Shown: positions 1 through 14,781, counted from the first letter of the stretch. The stretch is 38,441 bases of DNA from Sulfurimonadaceae bacterium (GCA_028685945.1 JAQUCZ010000001.1:1-38441); one strand, 5' to 3'. Notes: generated by a model not told the origin, from the letters alone. Translations and numbers: made by a program.

Positions 1-2
1 TT

Positions 3-566
3 GTTTCAATTAAAGATATTAAAACATTTATCCGAGCAATGCGTATTACGATTAATGAGATTCCCGAAGCGGAGGGATGGATTGTAGGTCCGACGGATGA
101 AGATCCCGAGTATTTTCACGAATGTGAACAGATGGTTGAATCTTTAGGTCTAAACGAAAAAGTGAAGTTTTTGGGTTTTCAAAATATTAAAGAGATATTA
201 CCGCAATCGGCATTGCAAACACTCACGTCTATCAGTGAAGGGATGCCTTTGGTGATTTTAGAAGGGTTTGCGGCCGGCGTTCCTTGCGTTGCGACGGATG
301 TCGGGAGTTGCCGCGATCTTATATACGGAGGGCTTAATGAGGAGGATATCGGTTTAGGCGCGGCAGGAGCGATTACGCACATAGCGAATCCCTCGGAACT
401 TGCCAAGGCGTATATCCGTTTTTTAAGCGATTTTGCATTATGGAAACAAGCACAAGAGGTTGCCCTAGAAAGGGTAGAGAAGTATTATAGACAAGAGATG
501 TTTTTGGAAGAATACCGTGCACTTTATGCACAGAGTATGAATAAAGAGGAATCATGGCGGGCATAG
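3..566 (+). CDS. pelF: Pel glycosyltransferase PelF (GT4), 3' part; gene starts before the window
   Basis: Frame open from position 3 (VSIKDIKTFIRAM...); GT4 motif SISEGMPLVILEGFAAGVPCVATDVGSC; overlaps pelG start. Confidence 0.9.
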   Translation, partial: VSIKDIKTFIRAMRITINEIPEAEGWIVGPTDEDPEYFHECEQMVESLGLNEKVKFLGFQNIKEILPQSALQTLTSISEGMPLVILEGFAAGVPCVATDVGSCRDLIYGGLNEEDIGLGAAGAITHIANPSELAKAYIRFLSDFALWKQAQEVALERVEKYYRQEMFLEEYRALYAQSMNKEESWRA

Positions 567-1927
567 GATTTGAACTGCGAAGAATGCTTCATAAAGATCG
601 GCTTCTTTCTTTAGCAAAAGTATACGGCTATTCCGCTATTTTAAGTTCTGGTCCTTGGGTTATTTCGATCGTCGCGATTATTTTGGTAGGATTTATTAAC
701 CTTTCGACGTTGGGAACCATGTCGCAGGCAGCAAAATTTCAGATTGTCGTTACATATGCGATTGCACTCGCTTCAAGTTTGATTGTAACGGGGATATTGC
801 AGCTCCCTTTTACGCGTTACGTAGCCGATTTGATATTCGCAAAAAAAGAGAACGAGGTTCTTCCCTCCTATTTCGGTGCTATTTTTATCTCTTGGATACT
901 CGGTCTTCCTTTTGTCGTACCTCTGGCTTTATATGCTTTTGAAGAACAAAATTTTCTTTTTATTATGGGTGTAATCTCGGTATTTTTGATACTGTGCGGC
1001 GTTTGGATATCGAGTATTTTGGCAGCTAGTTTAAAATATTACCGAGGTGTAGTGTGGGCATATTTTATCTCCTATGCACTTATCGTCGTTTTTTCCTACT
1101 GGGTAGGCGATACCGTTGAAGCACTATTGTTTATCTTTTTTGCCGGTAATGCCGTTTTGTTTGTTATTTTGATGACGTTGATTATTAAATCGTATAACTC
1201 GTCGATTTTTATGAAGCTTGATTTTTTCTTCGCACCGAATTTTTATTGGACACTGGCAATCGCCGGATTGACTTATAATTTGGGTGCGTGGGTCGACAAA
1301 TTTATATTTTGGTACCACCCTATGACCGGCGAAGCGGTTATAGGAAAACTTCATGCTTCGGTAGTTTACGACATACCCATTTTTTTGGCATATCTCTCTA
1401 TATTGCCTTCAATGGCTATTTTCTTTTTTAGGCTTGAAACAGATTTTGCGGAAAAGTACGAGTTGTACTACGATGCAGTTCGAAACGGAGGAACTCTTCA
1501 TGCCATTCGTCGCTACAGAAACGAGATGGTGAGTATAGTGCGCCATGCCATCAGAGAGATTATAGTGATACAGGGTGTACTGAACATTATTCTTTTTTTA
1601 AGCGCACCCGAACTTTTTAGGATATTGCATATTCCTCAACTTTATATTGGACTTTTATATATCCTTACCGTAGGTGCAATGTTGCAGGTGAGTTTTATGT
1701 CCGTTTTGGCAATGCTGTATTATCTCGATAGGAAAAAAACGGCTATGTGGCTTTGTATATCTTTTTTCGTACTTAACGGCGCATTGACCTATATTTCGAT
1801 AGGCATGGGTCCTGCAATGTTCGGATACGGATATACGGTTTCGCTGCTTTTGGTCTTCACCGCAAGCGTTTTGGCGATAAGAAATGAAATGGAGAGACTC
1901 GACTATGAAACGTTTATGTTGCAATAA
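554..1927 (+). CDS. pelG: Pel polysaccharide export membrane protein PelG
   Basis: Characteristic N-terminus MAGIGFELRRML, SSGPW motif, many TM segments, WVDKFIFW, C-terminal LDYETFMLQ. Confidence 0.93.
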   Translation: MAGIGFELRRMLHKDRLLSLAKVYGYSAILSSGPWVISIVAIILVGFINLSTLGTMSQAAKFQIVVTYAIALASSLIVTGILQLPFTRYVADLIFAKKENEVLPSYFGAIFISWILGLPFVVPLALYAFEEQNFLFIMGVISVFLILCGVWISSILAASLKYYRGVVWAYFISYALIVVFSYWVGDTVEALLFIFFAGNAVLFVILMTLIIKSYNSSIFMKLDFFFAPNFYWTLAIAGLTYNLGAWVDKFIFWYHPMTGEAVIGKLHASVVYDIPIFLAYLSILPSMAIFFFRLETDFAEKYELYYDAVRNGGTLHAIRRYRNEMVSIVRHAIREIIVIQGVLNIILFLSAPELFRILHIPQLYIGLLYILTVGAMLQVSFMSVLAMLYYLDRKKTAMWLCISFFVLNGALTYISIGMGPAMFGYGYTVSLLLVFTASVLAIRNEMERLDYETFMLQ

Positions 1928-4643
1928 AATTATTTTTTTTCTATTAACATTGGTTGTTGCGCTGCAGGCTTCTTTGGATAAAAAGAGCGCGATTGTTTAC
2001 TACGGAGATCAAATCTCTTATCCGACGGTCGGTATTCACGATTACATTATCGTTGAACCGAGAAATACGAATGTTTATACACACGGCTTTTCTCTTTATA
2101 AAAAAAAGATATACGCCTATGTAAGTGTTTTTGAGGTCGAAAAAGGGGATGCAACGATTGATTCTTCGTGGGTGATCGCCCAAAATGAAGCATGGGGAAG
2201 TGTCGTACTCGATTTACGAAACGAAGCATATCGGAAGTATCTTTTGGAAAAAATAGAAGCGTTACATGCCAAAGGATTTGAAAACTTTTTTTTTGACACG
2301 CTTGATTCTTACATGCTCTATGCAAAAACGGCGGAACAAAAAGAGAGTTTTGAAAAAAGTTTAGCAGATTTTATCCAAGAGGTGCATCGACGTTTCAGCA
2401 ATGCCAAGATAGTGCTCAACAGAGGATTCGAAATCATCGATTCCGTACACTCTTGTATCGACGCCGTTTTATTCGAGTCGTATCACTACGGATTGGGAGA
2501 AGGGGCGCAAGGGTACAAAAAGGTTTCAAACGGGGATAAGGAGTGGCTTGATTATCATATCGCGAAGATCCAGCGTTACGGGCTTGATGTTATTTCGGTG
2601 GAGTATTTGCCGCAAGATCAAATGGAAAAAATCGATGAGGCGATAGATGTTATAGAAGCCAAAGGGATGATCCCTTACATAAGCGAGAGAGAACTCGATA
2701 TTTACGGAAAGTCTTCTAAAAATGGATTGAAAAGGGAGGTGTTCGTTTTAATTGATGAGAGTCAAAAAGATAGAATGGTTCAAGGAGCGCATCAGTATCT
2801 TTCGATGCCTTTGGAATATCTGGGATATATTCCGAAACTTTACGACTTGACCCAAGGGTTGCCCGATGTGCGCTACATGAAACATTATGCGGGTGTGGTT
2901 ATTTGGCTTGAGAATTTTACTACGGACCCCGACGGATTGCGCCGATGGCTTGAAGAGATCAAAAAATCCGGAATAAAGATCGTATTTATGAATAATTTCG
3001 GTTTTCTCCCAACTCTTACCAATATGAAGTTTTTAGAGATAGATGCATTACAAAAAAATGAAGATATAGATACGCCGAGCAAACTCGTACATTATGTAAA
3101 ACAGACGGGTTTTGAGATAGAAGCTTCGCCAAATTCACTCGAGACGCTTTACTTGCAACCGCGTAATGCAAAAGCTCTTTTACGTTATGAAGATACACAA
3201 GGGCAATATACGGTACCGGCGGCCATTACGTCTTGGGGAGGGTATGCGCTTGATGAAGCGTTAATGGTACAGATTCAGCAAGATAGTTTGTGGGTGATAG
3301 ATCCGTTTTGGTTTTTACAAGAAGCACTTGAGTTAAAACCCTTAGCCGTACCCGACGTAACGACGCACAACGGCAGAAGGATATTTTTTGCCCATGTCGA
3401 CGGCGACGGGATCATGAGCAGGGCAGAGTTTAATCCCGGATTACTTGCGGGTGAAGTGATTGTAGAGGAGATTTTGAAACCTTATAAAGTGCCCCATTCC
3501 ATTTCGTTTATCGGTGCAGAGATTAACCCCGAGGGGCTATACCCCGATCTTTCGCCCAGACTCTTGGAGATAGTCAAAAAGACGTACGCACTCGAAAACG
3601 TAGAAGCCGCGACACATACCTATACCCATCCGTTTTATTGGGGCAAAATAGAGGATGCTACTCTCGATGCATCTTACAGATTGGACGTAAAAGGGTATTC
3701 GTTTTCGTATGAGAGAGAAATATTAGGCTCTTTGGAGGAGATAAATACAAAATTTTTACCCTCGAAAAAAGAGCATGCCAAGACAATTTATTGGAGTGGC
3801 ATGTGCGATCCAAGAGAGGATGTACTAGAGTTCGTTTACAAACACGGCATACTGAACATTAACGGAGGCGATACGATTATTACAAACAGTTCCCCGTGGC
3901 TTTCATTGGTTGCTCCTTTGGGACTTGCACGCGGAGAATACTATCAAATATATACGGGAGCGCAGAATGAAAATATCTATACGAATAATTGGCAGGGTCC
4001 TTATTGGGGATTTAAGAAGGTAGTCCAGACGTTTGAACGTACCGAACATCCTAGACGTTTAAAACCTATTAATATCTATTATCACCTTTATGCAGGAACT
4101 AAAACGGCATCTTTGCGCGCTTTAAAATACGCCTTTGATTGGGCTCTGAAGCAGGAAATATACCCGATTTACGCTTCGGAATATATACCCAAAGTAATGG
4201 ATTTTTATACCCTTTCTTTGTCCAATGAAGAGGAGACATGGTTACTCGAAGGTGCAAGGGATATTAAAACCGTGCGGTTTGCGAAAAAGGTTTTTGCGGA
4301 TATGGAACGTTCCGATGGAGTGATCGGTGCTAAAGCAACCTCCAATCAAACATATTTTCATCTTGATCATGGGCAGAGCCAACGTATCGTACTGCGATCA
4401 AGCGCTCCTCAAGAGGAAGTGTATCTGCTTGATGCAAATGTGGCTCTTGAGAAAGTGTTTCAGGAAAAAGGGAAAATAACATACCGTTTTGCAGGGCATG
4501 TGCCCGCGGCGATGCGTTGGCATGTACCTCAAAAATGTTACGTGACTACGCTACAAGATGCCGAGATAACAAGAAGTTCGGATCTACTGACGTTAACGTT
4601 TTCAAACGCAAAAGAGGGAGTACTTGATGTTACGTGCAGATGA
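1905..4643 (+). CDS. pelA: PelA-like bifunctional glycoside hydrolase / deacetylase
   Basis: Signal peptide (likely start ATG 1905, MKRLCCNK; ORF track starts at 1884); N-terminal TIM-barrel hydrolase motifs FFFDTLDSY, NRGFE, LFES; deacetylase motifs AHVDGDG and HTYTHPFYW. Confidence 0.88.
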   Translation: MKRLCCNKIIFFLLTLVVALQASLDKKSAIVYYGDQISYPTVGIHDYIIVEPRNTNVYTHGFSLYKKKIYAYVSVFEVEKGDATIDSSWVIAQNEAWGSVVLDLRNEAYRKYLLEKIEALHAKGFENFFFDTLDSYMLYAKTAEQKESFEKSLADFIQEVHRRFSNAKIVLNRGFEIIDSVHSCIDAVLFESYHYGLGEGAQGYKKVSNGDKEWLDYHIAKIQRYGLDVISVEYLPQDQMEKIDEAIDVIEAKGMIPYISERELDIYGKSSKNGLKREVFVLIDESQKDRMVQGAHQYLSMPLEYLGYIPKLYDLTQGLPDVRYMKHYAGVVIWLENFTTDPDGLRRWLEEIKKSGIKIVFMNNFGFLPTLTNMKFLEIDALQKNEDIDTPSKLVHYVKQTGFEIEASPNSLETLYLQPRNAKALLRYEDTQGQYTVPAAITSWGGYALDEALMVQIQQDSLWVIDPFWFLQEALELKPLAVPDVTTHNGRRIFFAHVDGDGIMSRAEFNPGLLAGEVIVEEILKPYKVPHSISFIGAEINPEGLYPDLSPRLLEIVKKTYALENVEAATHTYTHPFYWGKIEDATLDASYRLDVKGYSFSYEREILGSLEEINTKFLPSKKEHAKTIYWSGMCDPREDVLEFVYKHGILNINGGDTIITNSSPWLSLVAPLGLARGEYYQIYTGAQNENIYTNNWQGPYWGFKKVVQTFERTEHPRRLKPINIYYHLYAGTKTASLRALKYAFDWALKQEIYPIYASEYIPKVMDFYTLSLSNEEETWLLEGARDIKTVRFAKKVFADMERSDGVIGAKATSNQTYFHLDHGQSQRIVLRSSAPQEEVYLLDANVALEKVFQEKGKITYRFAGHVPAAMRWHVPQKCYVTTLQDAEITRSSDLLTLTFSNAKEGVLDVTCR

Positions 4644-5639
4644 AGAAAGACTCTTTGTAGCAACGTATAAAGAGATCGCAATCGTTTTTATAAGTTTCGC
4701 GATGATCTTATTTTTTCTTTATCCCAAAGATATTTTAAAAGAGAATGTTTTGACCGAAGAGAGTAACTACGATTTAAGTGTCCTGTATCTTAAAAATATG
4801 TTGCGCCACGATCCGCAAAACGAAGTTTTAATGTTGGCTTTGGCAAAAAAAGGAATAGCACTTGAAAAGAACGATCTTGCACAGCATCTGCTTGAGACAC
4901 TTTTAAACAGCGACAATCGAGAGATTCGATATGAGGCGCACGAACTCAGCTACCTTTTGACCAAGCAAACCTACCTTTTAGGTGCAAAGGAAGAATTGCA
5001 TGCGCGTTTACAAACTTTATTCGGTCAAGTTATGCTTCAATTTCACATAAAAGACAAAGTGCTTTTTTGGTATGAAGAAGCACTTTTTTTGGAACGTTTC
5101 GAAGATGCAAGAAAGTTACTCGACACACACATGCTCTCTTACGGCGAGGATATGAAAATGTTACAGATGCGTTATTATTTAGCGCAAAAAAAAGGGGAAG
5201 ATCCTCGTCCTTTTTTACATAAGTTGCAGCAAGCGGATATAGGTAATAGGGATACATGGCTTATGGCAGAGTATTATTATCTCAATGATACCAAGCGTGA
5301 TGAAGAGCTTATAGCATTTTTGAAACTACATGCCAAAGAAAATAATACATTTGAGAAATATTTGCTGGAAACGTATGTCGGCACAAATCAGTATAAAAAA
5401 GCATCTGCGTTTTATCTCCGGCGCTATATACGTACAAAACGCAAAGAGGAGCTTAAAAACGCATTGCAAACGCTGGTTGCGGGAGATCTTTTGGAAGAGG
5501 CAGTGGCATTGGCACAAAAATACGAACCCCAAGCGTTGGAAGACAAAGCTTTGAGGGAGTATTTCTTAAAGCTTTATATCAGCGCTTCGCAGACCCAAAA
5601 AGCGTCTGATTTTGCTAAAAAAATATTGGAAGCAGGGCG

Positions 5640-5643
<4 letters not shown>
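4627..5643 (+). CDS. Membrane-anchored TPR protein resembling the N-terminal part of PelB
   Basis: Single N-terminal TM, then YDLSVLYLKNMLRHDPQNEVLMLAL resembling the PelB N-terminus as I recall it; helical repeats; SD GAGGGAG before ATG 4627; overlaps the next gene (ATGA). Confidence 0.65.
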
Positions 5644-9712
<4,069 letters not shown>

Positions 9713-9729
9713 TTATGTAATGAAACCGC

Positions 9730-10284
9730 TTAAAAGAGGGTTGGTTCGAGCGCTTTGATTTTGTAGCTTTTTCTGTGGATCTCGCTGTAGCCGTGTTGTT
9801 TAATCAGCTCAATATGGCGTTTGGTTCCGTACCCTTTGTGCTTTTGGAGTTCGTATTGCGGGTAGTGTTTTGCAAGTGCTACGATATCGCGGTCGTGGGT
9901 CACTTTTGCCAAAATAGAAGCGGCGCTCACGGCAGCGATTTTGCCGTCTGCTTGTACCATCGTTTGAAGATTTTTGATCCCAAAAGCGGTATTGCCGTCA
10001 AACAGATACTCTTGGGCATCTAGGTTGTGCATAATATCCTCAAGTCCTCTTTTAAGGCATGTAGCGATACCGAGCGTATCGATTTGTTGCGGCGTAAACG
10101 TAACAAGGCGGTAGGAGGATTTTTGTACGATCTCCTCAAAGAGAAGTTCCCTCTTTTTTGGCGTGAGTTTTTTGGAATCGTTTAGCCCTGCAATCTCTTC
10201 GTGGAGAATGCACCCCGCCATCACCAAGTCCCCCGCCAATGGTCCGCGTCCCGCTTCGTCAATGCCGCAAAGCTTTATTGGCAT
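9730..10284 (-). CDS. rnhB: Ribonuclease HII
   Basis: GIDEAGRGPLAG, LNDSKKL, AASILAKV, HKGYGT, HRKSY. Confidence 0.96.
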   Translation of the reverse strand: MPIKLCGIDEAGRGPLAGDLVMAGCILHEEIAGLNDSKKLTPKKRELLFEEIVQKSSYRLVTFTPQQIDTLGIATCLKRGLEDIMHNLDAQEYLFDGNTAFGIKNLQTMVQADGKIAAVSAASILAKVTHDRDIVALAKHYPQYELQKHKGYGTKRHIELIKQHGYSEIHRKSYKIKALEPTLF

Positions 10285-11858
10285 GTGGCATCCCCTTGGG
10301 GCAGATAGACCTCAAACAGCGCGCCCCCGTCATAGTTGGAGGCATGGATCTCGCCGCGATGGTCGGTGATGATTTTTTTGGCAACGTTGAGCCCTATCCC
10401 CATCCCCCCTTCGGTTTTGTTGCCCGTAAAGGGCTCAAAAATATTGGAGAGAATATTTTCGTCTATCCCCCCGCCGCTGTCTTTAAAACGGATCGCTATG
10501 CGGTCGTACTCTTTTTCTATACGTATATCGAGGTAGCGTTTGTCGTAGTTTTCGACGTGCTTGAGAGCATCGAGGGCGTTGTTGATGATGATGACGAATA
10601 CCTGTTCGATCCTTTGGGGCTGGATCTTTGCGCAGTAGTTGAGTTTCTCTTTTGGCATGCCGATCTCGAAAAGTTCGTTTTGGATAAACACGGGCGCTAT
10701 ATGTTTGGCTTTGTTGTGGGTAAGGGTGAGTGCCGTAATAAGAGATGCATAAATGTTGTGGGGTTTTGGGATTTCGCTTGCCTGCGACGCCATTTCGCGC
10801 ATCGATTCGACGATGCTTGCAATACGATCGACACCGTCGAAAATGATCTTTGCATCTTCGATAAGGTAGTGTTTTTGCTTGATCGTATCGTCGATATCGT
10901 TGATATCCTGCATCATCAGTTCAAGATTGCCGCGAATGTAGGTGAGCGGCGTGTTGATCTCGTGGGTGATCCCCGCGGCGATTTTTCCGATAGTCGAGAA
11001 TTTTGCTTCCAAAAGATTCTCTTCCTCCCGTTTGCGGCGCAGTTCGATGTTTTTTTCCACCTCTTCTTGTATCCGTTTTTTCAAAAACTGCTCTTGTTGG
11101 TAGAGCTTGGTGATATCCTGACGGATGGCGATATATTCGACGATCTCGTCGTTTTCGTCCAAGATGGGAACGATAACCGAAAATTCGTAGTAGGTCTCCC
11201 CTTTTTTATTGACGTTTTGAATACGCCCTTTCCATATCTTTTTTTGGCGTATCGTCGCCCAAAGATTTTTATGGACGGCAGGGGGTGTGTCGGGGTGTTT
11301 GATGAGACGGTGGGTTTTGCCTAAAAGTTCCTCTTTAGCATAGCCCGTCATTGCACAAAAGGCATCGTTGACGTAGATGATCACCCCGTTTTTGTCGGTT
11401 TTAGTCACCGAAGAGCTAACGTCGATGGCGTTTTTGTACTCTTCAAGAAGTTTGTGTTTGTTTTTGAACTTTTTAGCCAGAAGGATTTTGTTGGCATATT
11501 TATAAAGTATGATCTCAAGGCGCGCAAGGGAGAGGGGTTTGAACAGATAACCGTCTATGCCTATATCGACCGCCTTTTCGGTGATCTCTTTTTCAAAATG
11601 GGAAGTGATAAGGATGATGGGGATATCGATACGGTTTTGTTTGATAATCTCCGACATCTCTAACCCGTCCATCATCGGCATAGTAAGGTCGGTGAGGATC
11701 AGGTCGGGTCGGTGGAGGTAGTATTGGCGTAAGCCTTCATCCCCGTTTTGGGCGATGTAAATATTTTTAAAGGAGCGCTCTTGTAAAAAAGCGGTAATCT
11801 CCTCGCGCGTTTGGGTGTCATCCTCGACAAAGAGGATCGAGATGTCGTTAAAGAGCAT
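10275..11858 (-). CDS. Cytoplasmic hybrid histidine kinase (REC-PAS-HisKA-HATPase)
   Basis: REC (VEDD, LTDLTMP, KP); PAS (YVNDAFCAMTGY..ELLG..H..IKHPD..LWATI..W.G); H-box AGITHEINTPL; N/G boxes NNALDA, DSGGGI, GMGIGL; no TM segment. Confidence 0.92.
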   Translation of the reverse strand: MLFNDISILFVEDDTQTREEITAFLQERSFKNIYIAQNGDEGLRQYYLHRPDLILTDLTMPMMDGLEMSEIIKQNRIDIPIILITSHFEKEITEKAVDIGIDGYLFKPLSLARLEIILYKYANKILLAKKFKNKHKLLEEYKNAIDVSSSVTKTDKNGVIIYVNDAFCAMTGYAKEELLGKTHRLIKHPDTPPAVHKNLWATIRQKKIWKGRIQNVNKKGETYYEFSVIVPILDENDEIVEYIAIRQDITKLYQQEQFLKKRIQEEVEKNIELRRKREEENLLEAKFSTIGKIAAGITHEINTPLTYIRGNLELMMQDINDIDDTIKQKHYLIEDAKIIFDGVDRIASIVESMREMASQASEIPKPHNIYASLITALTLTHNKAKHIAPVFIQNELFEIGMPKEKLNYCAKIQPQRIEQVFVIIINNALDALKHVENYDKRYLDIRIEKEYDRIAIRFKDSGGGIDENILSNIFEPFTGNKTEGGMGIGLNVAKKIITDHRGEIHASNYDGGALFEVYLPQGDATCQ

Positions 11859-11863
11859 AGAGC

Positions 11864-12238
11864 TTATTTATTTAAAAGTTCTTTGACTTTTTTCCCCAAG
11901 GCATCAAGCGAGGAAAAAGGTTTCATGATGTAGTCGTGCGCTCCGTATCTGTGTGCGTTGAGAACCTTGTCGAGGGTTGAATACGCCGTCATCATCAATA
12001 TTTTGGCTTGGGGATTTTTCTCCAAGAGTTTAGGGAGCGCTTCGATACCGTTGAGTTGGGGCATCATAATATCAAGAAGAATGATATCGGTCTCTTTGTT
12101 CACCGCCGCAATGGCGGTAAGCGGATTTGCATACGTTTTTACGGTGTAATTAGGCTCTCTTGAGAGAAACTTGCTTAGCATGGTGAGGATCTGGTCTTCA
12201 TCGTCGATAATGACGATATTGATTTTTTTATTGCTCAT
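11864..12238 (-). CDS. Single-domain response regulator
   Basis: IIDDE, LLDIMMPQLNG, MTAY, YIMKPF; no output domain. Confidence 0.92.
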   Translation of the reverse strand: MSNKKINIVIIDDEDQILTMLSKFLSREPNYTVKTYANPLTAIAAVNKETDIILLDIMMPQLNGIEALPKLLEKNPQAKILMMTAYSTLDKVLNAHRYGAHDYIMKPFSSLDALGKKVKELLNK

Positions 12239-12247
12239 GTCGGATTC

Positions 12248-13561
12248 CTAGTGAAAAAGTTTACTTGCCGCTTCGTGCATGACGATTTTGGTACGCTGTT
12301 CTACAAGTTCATCAAGGTATTTAAACACCTCGTGGCTTGCCTCTTCTATTTTGTGGATACGCTCTTCGATAATCTCTTTGGAACAAAGCACTTTATCCCC
12401 CGCACACTCTTTTGCCAAGAGGTTTGCCTGTTCGTGTACTATGGCATGCGGTCGGTCGAGTTTCGGGTAGGAAGGCATATTCGCAAAGTTCTCTTTTCCT
12501 ACGCCGCTGCTATACCATTGCCCGAGACGGCACTCTTTATGGGTCGTGCTTGCAAAGGTGTTTTCCTCTCCGAAGATAAGTGCATACACGTTGTGTTTGT
12601 AGATAACGTGGTCGATTTTTGCCAAAGAGGTGAAGATTTTATCGCTGATATATTCCACTTCGTATTTGTTGCGAGCGGAGTTTTTCTCAAACGAATTGAT
12701 CTTCGCGGCAAGCTCTTCTATTTTCGTTTTCGTGCCGATAACGATATCGTTGACGATGCTTGTGCTTGTTTGGGCTTCGTTTGTTTCTTGGAGCATCGCT
12801 TTGACTACCAGCGATATCTCTTTGGTCGCCGTTTGCGTTTTTTCGGCAAGCTTGCGCACTTCGTCCGCTACGACCGCAAAACCGCGTCCGTGTTCCCCTG
12901 CGCGCGCCGCTTCGATGGCGGCATTGAGCGCCAAAAGGTTGGTTTGGTCGGCAATATCTTGGATAAGGGTGATCACCGTCGATATCTCCGAACTTCTTTG
13001 GTTGAGCGAGTCCATCCCGTGCATGTTGTTTTGCATATGCTCACTGAGCTGATCCATATCTTTGGAAGAACCTTGAATGAGCACGAGCCCCTCGCGAGAT
13101 TCCTCGGAGATCATATTCGATTCCTCTTTCATAATTTTAAGTTCGTCAAGCATCTGCGAAAAGGTTTTTTGTGTATCGACGAGTGCTTCTTTGATAGAGC
13201 GTTGGTGCAGACCCAAAATATCGCTGTCTCTCGTGTCGCGCATATCTGTTTTGATGATGCGATAGAGCGTCGTCTGGCTTGCGGGATCTTTTTTGGAAAC
13301 CACTTTGCCGGTACAGTTTTGTACTTCGATGACCGCTTTGTTTTTTTGTAACTCTCTGATGAGTTCGCTCGGTGCTTTTATATTTTGCTCGGCAGCTTCG
13401 TTTTGGAAAACGATCGTACCGTCGCTACCTAGCACCACCAACATCTCTTCGTGGGCAAACCGTGCCGCTTCTTTGTAAAAGTCGACCTCTTTTTCAAGTT
13501 TTCGTACTTGTTCTTCTAGCCGCGCAATGCGCAACTTATCCTCTTTGTTTTGAAAAAACAT
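12248..13561 (-). CDS. Soluble methyl-accepting chemotaxis protein with C-terminal CZB domain (TlpD-like)
   Basis: [38 protein letters not shown] signalling tip; CZB motifs [24 protein letters not shown]; no TM segment. Confidence 0.92.
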   Translation of the reverse strand: MFFQNKEDKLRIARLEEQVRKLEKEVDFYKEAARFAHEEMLVVLGSDGTIVFQNEAAEQNIKAPSELIRELQKNKAVIEVQNCTGKVVSKKDPASQTTLYRIIKTDMRDTRDSDILGLHQRSIKEALVDTQKTFSQMLDELKIMKEESNMISEESREGLVLIQGSSKDMDQLSEHMQNNMHGMDSLNQRSSEISTVITLIQDIADQTNLLALNAAIEAARAGEHGRGFAVVADEVRKLAEKTQTATKEISLVVKAMLQETNEAQTSTSIVNDIVIGTKTKIEELAAKINSFEKNSARNKYEVEYISDKIFTSLAKIDHVIYKHNVYALIFGEENTFASTTHKECRLGQWYSSGVGKENFANMPSYPKLDRPHAIVHEQANLLAKECAGDKVLCSKEIIEERIHKIEEASHEVFKYLDELVEQRTKIVMHEAASKLFH

Positions 13562-13596
13562 AACGGCGACTCCCGAACTTTTAAAAATTTACGTAA

Positions 13597-13622
13597 ATTT
13601 TAGCATAGATTTGTTGCTTAAA
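13597..13622 (-). promoter_or_regulatory. Sigma70-type promoter of the chemoreceptor-RR-kinase-rnhB operon
   Basis: Minus strand TTTAAG...TGCTAAAAT (extended -10), typical of Campylobacterota. Confidence 0.6.
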
Positions 13623-13640
13623 TGACACCAAAATCGATAT

Positions 13641-14753
13641 TTAATCGCCAAGTGCCCAAACATCGAAGGGAACCATCTCCACTTTTGAAAAAGGGTGCGA
13701 TATTTTTGCTTCCATATTCATTGTTACTGCGGTGATTTTTTTTACTTGGTAGGAAAAGATAAACGCTTCTATCTGCTCTATCTTTTTAAAAAGATTTCTT
13801 TCGTTGGAAAAGGGCATGCTTAAAATAATCTCGGAACGTTCGGGAACGTAAAAATCGATATGCTCGTCGTAGTAGCACTGTGTTGCAGATTTTAAAAGTT
13901 CGAGATAGATCATGTTTTCAAAGAGTCTTCCGAAATGTTTTTCGACCGTGAGCGCCGATTTGAAAAAGATGTCGCAAAGGTATATTTTTTTTGTTGCCTT
14001 GGCATGTCCCAGCTTTTCGAGTTGATGGATGTAGCGCTTTTGAAGGAGGCTTTCAAAAGATTTATAGAGTTTGTCTTTGGAGATTTTTCTGTTGTTTTTA
14101 AGCCTTTCGTAAACGGTGAAAGCGGAGAGTTTTTGTGCCGTCATCTTGGCACAAAAACAGAGGATATCAAACTCGGTGCTCTCAAGTGCGTAGCGCAAAA
14201 GTTTTTGGATCGTGATGTTTCTTTCGTCTTGGCTTATTTTGTGCATGCACGGCAAGCCGCCGAGTTTAAAAAAGTGGTTAAGGGCACTGGAGTCGTATTT
14301 GTGTTCGTACGCCAAAAATTCTTCGTAATCAAGCGGATAGAGGAAAATAGGTTCCAAAAAATCGATCGGATAGGAAATTTCGGAGGTGATAATAAGTTGC
14401 GCAATAGGAAAAAGGCGTATCGAAGGATCGTAATTGTCCAAAACGAGAATCTCTATGGCATGTCGGTTACAAAACGGTTCTAAAGATATATTAAGCGCTT
14501 GGATGTCGAGACGAATATCGTTACAGTCGATGTAGAGATAGGAGGATTTTTTAAGAGAGAGGAGGTAGTGCTTGATCAGTTTTGTTTTACCGCTTTGGGT
14601 GATCCCTATAATCTGGTAGCTTTTTGCCGATGCTACGGTTTTTCCTTTTTGGGGGGCAGTTTTAAAAATCGGCTCCTCCAAAAAAACTTTTCTTTGATGG
14701 TACTTTTCTATCAAAAGATCGTGTTTGTACAACTCCTCCAAAAGTATTTCCAT
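13641..14753 (-). CDS. ATP-binding protein, AAA family (AAA_14/DUF4143-like)
   Basis: Walker A GITQSGKT, LVLDNY, PLDYEEF, GGLP, KKIYLCD, LFENMIY, IDFY. Confidence 0.8.
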   Translation of the reverse strand: MEILLEELYKHDLLIEKYHQRKVFLEEPIFKTAPQKGKTVASAKSYQIIGITQSGKTKLIKHYLLSLKKSSYLYIDCNDIRLDIQALNISLEPFCNRHAIEILVLDNYDPSIRLFPIAQLIITSEISYPIDFLEPIFLYPLDYEEFLAYEHKYDSSALNHFFKLGGLPCMHKISQDERNITIQKLLRYALESTEFDILCFCAKMTAQKLSAFTVYERLKNNRKISKDKLYKSFESLLQKRYIHQLEKLGHAKATKKIYLCDIFFKSALTVEKHFGRLFENMIYLELLKSATQCYYDEHIDFYVPERSEIILSMPFSNERNLFKKIEQIEAFIFSYQVKKITAVTMNMEAKISHPFSKVEMVPFDVWALGD

Positions 14754-14781
14754 TTTCTACCCCCTCGCAAATTTAATCCGT

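Noticed and set aside
10239-11324. 361-aa plus-strand ORF
   Set aside because: Antisense shadow of the hybrid kinase; no recognisable motifs or SD
12251-13351. 366-aa plus-strand ORF
   Set aside because: Antisense shadow of the chemoreceptor; composition typical of a reverse-frame translation
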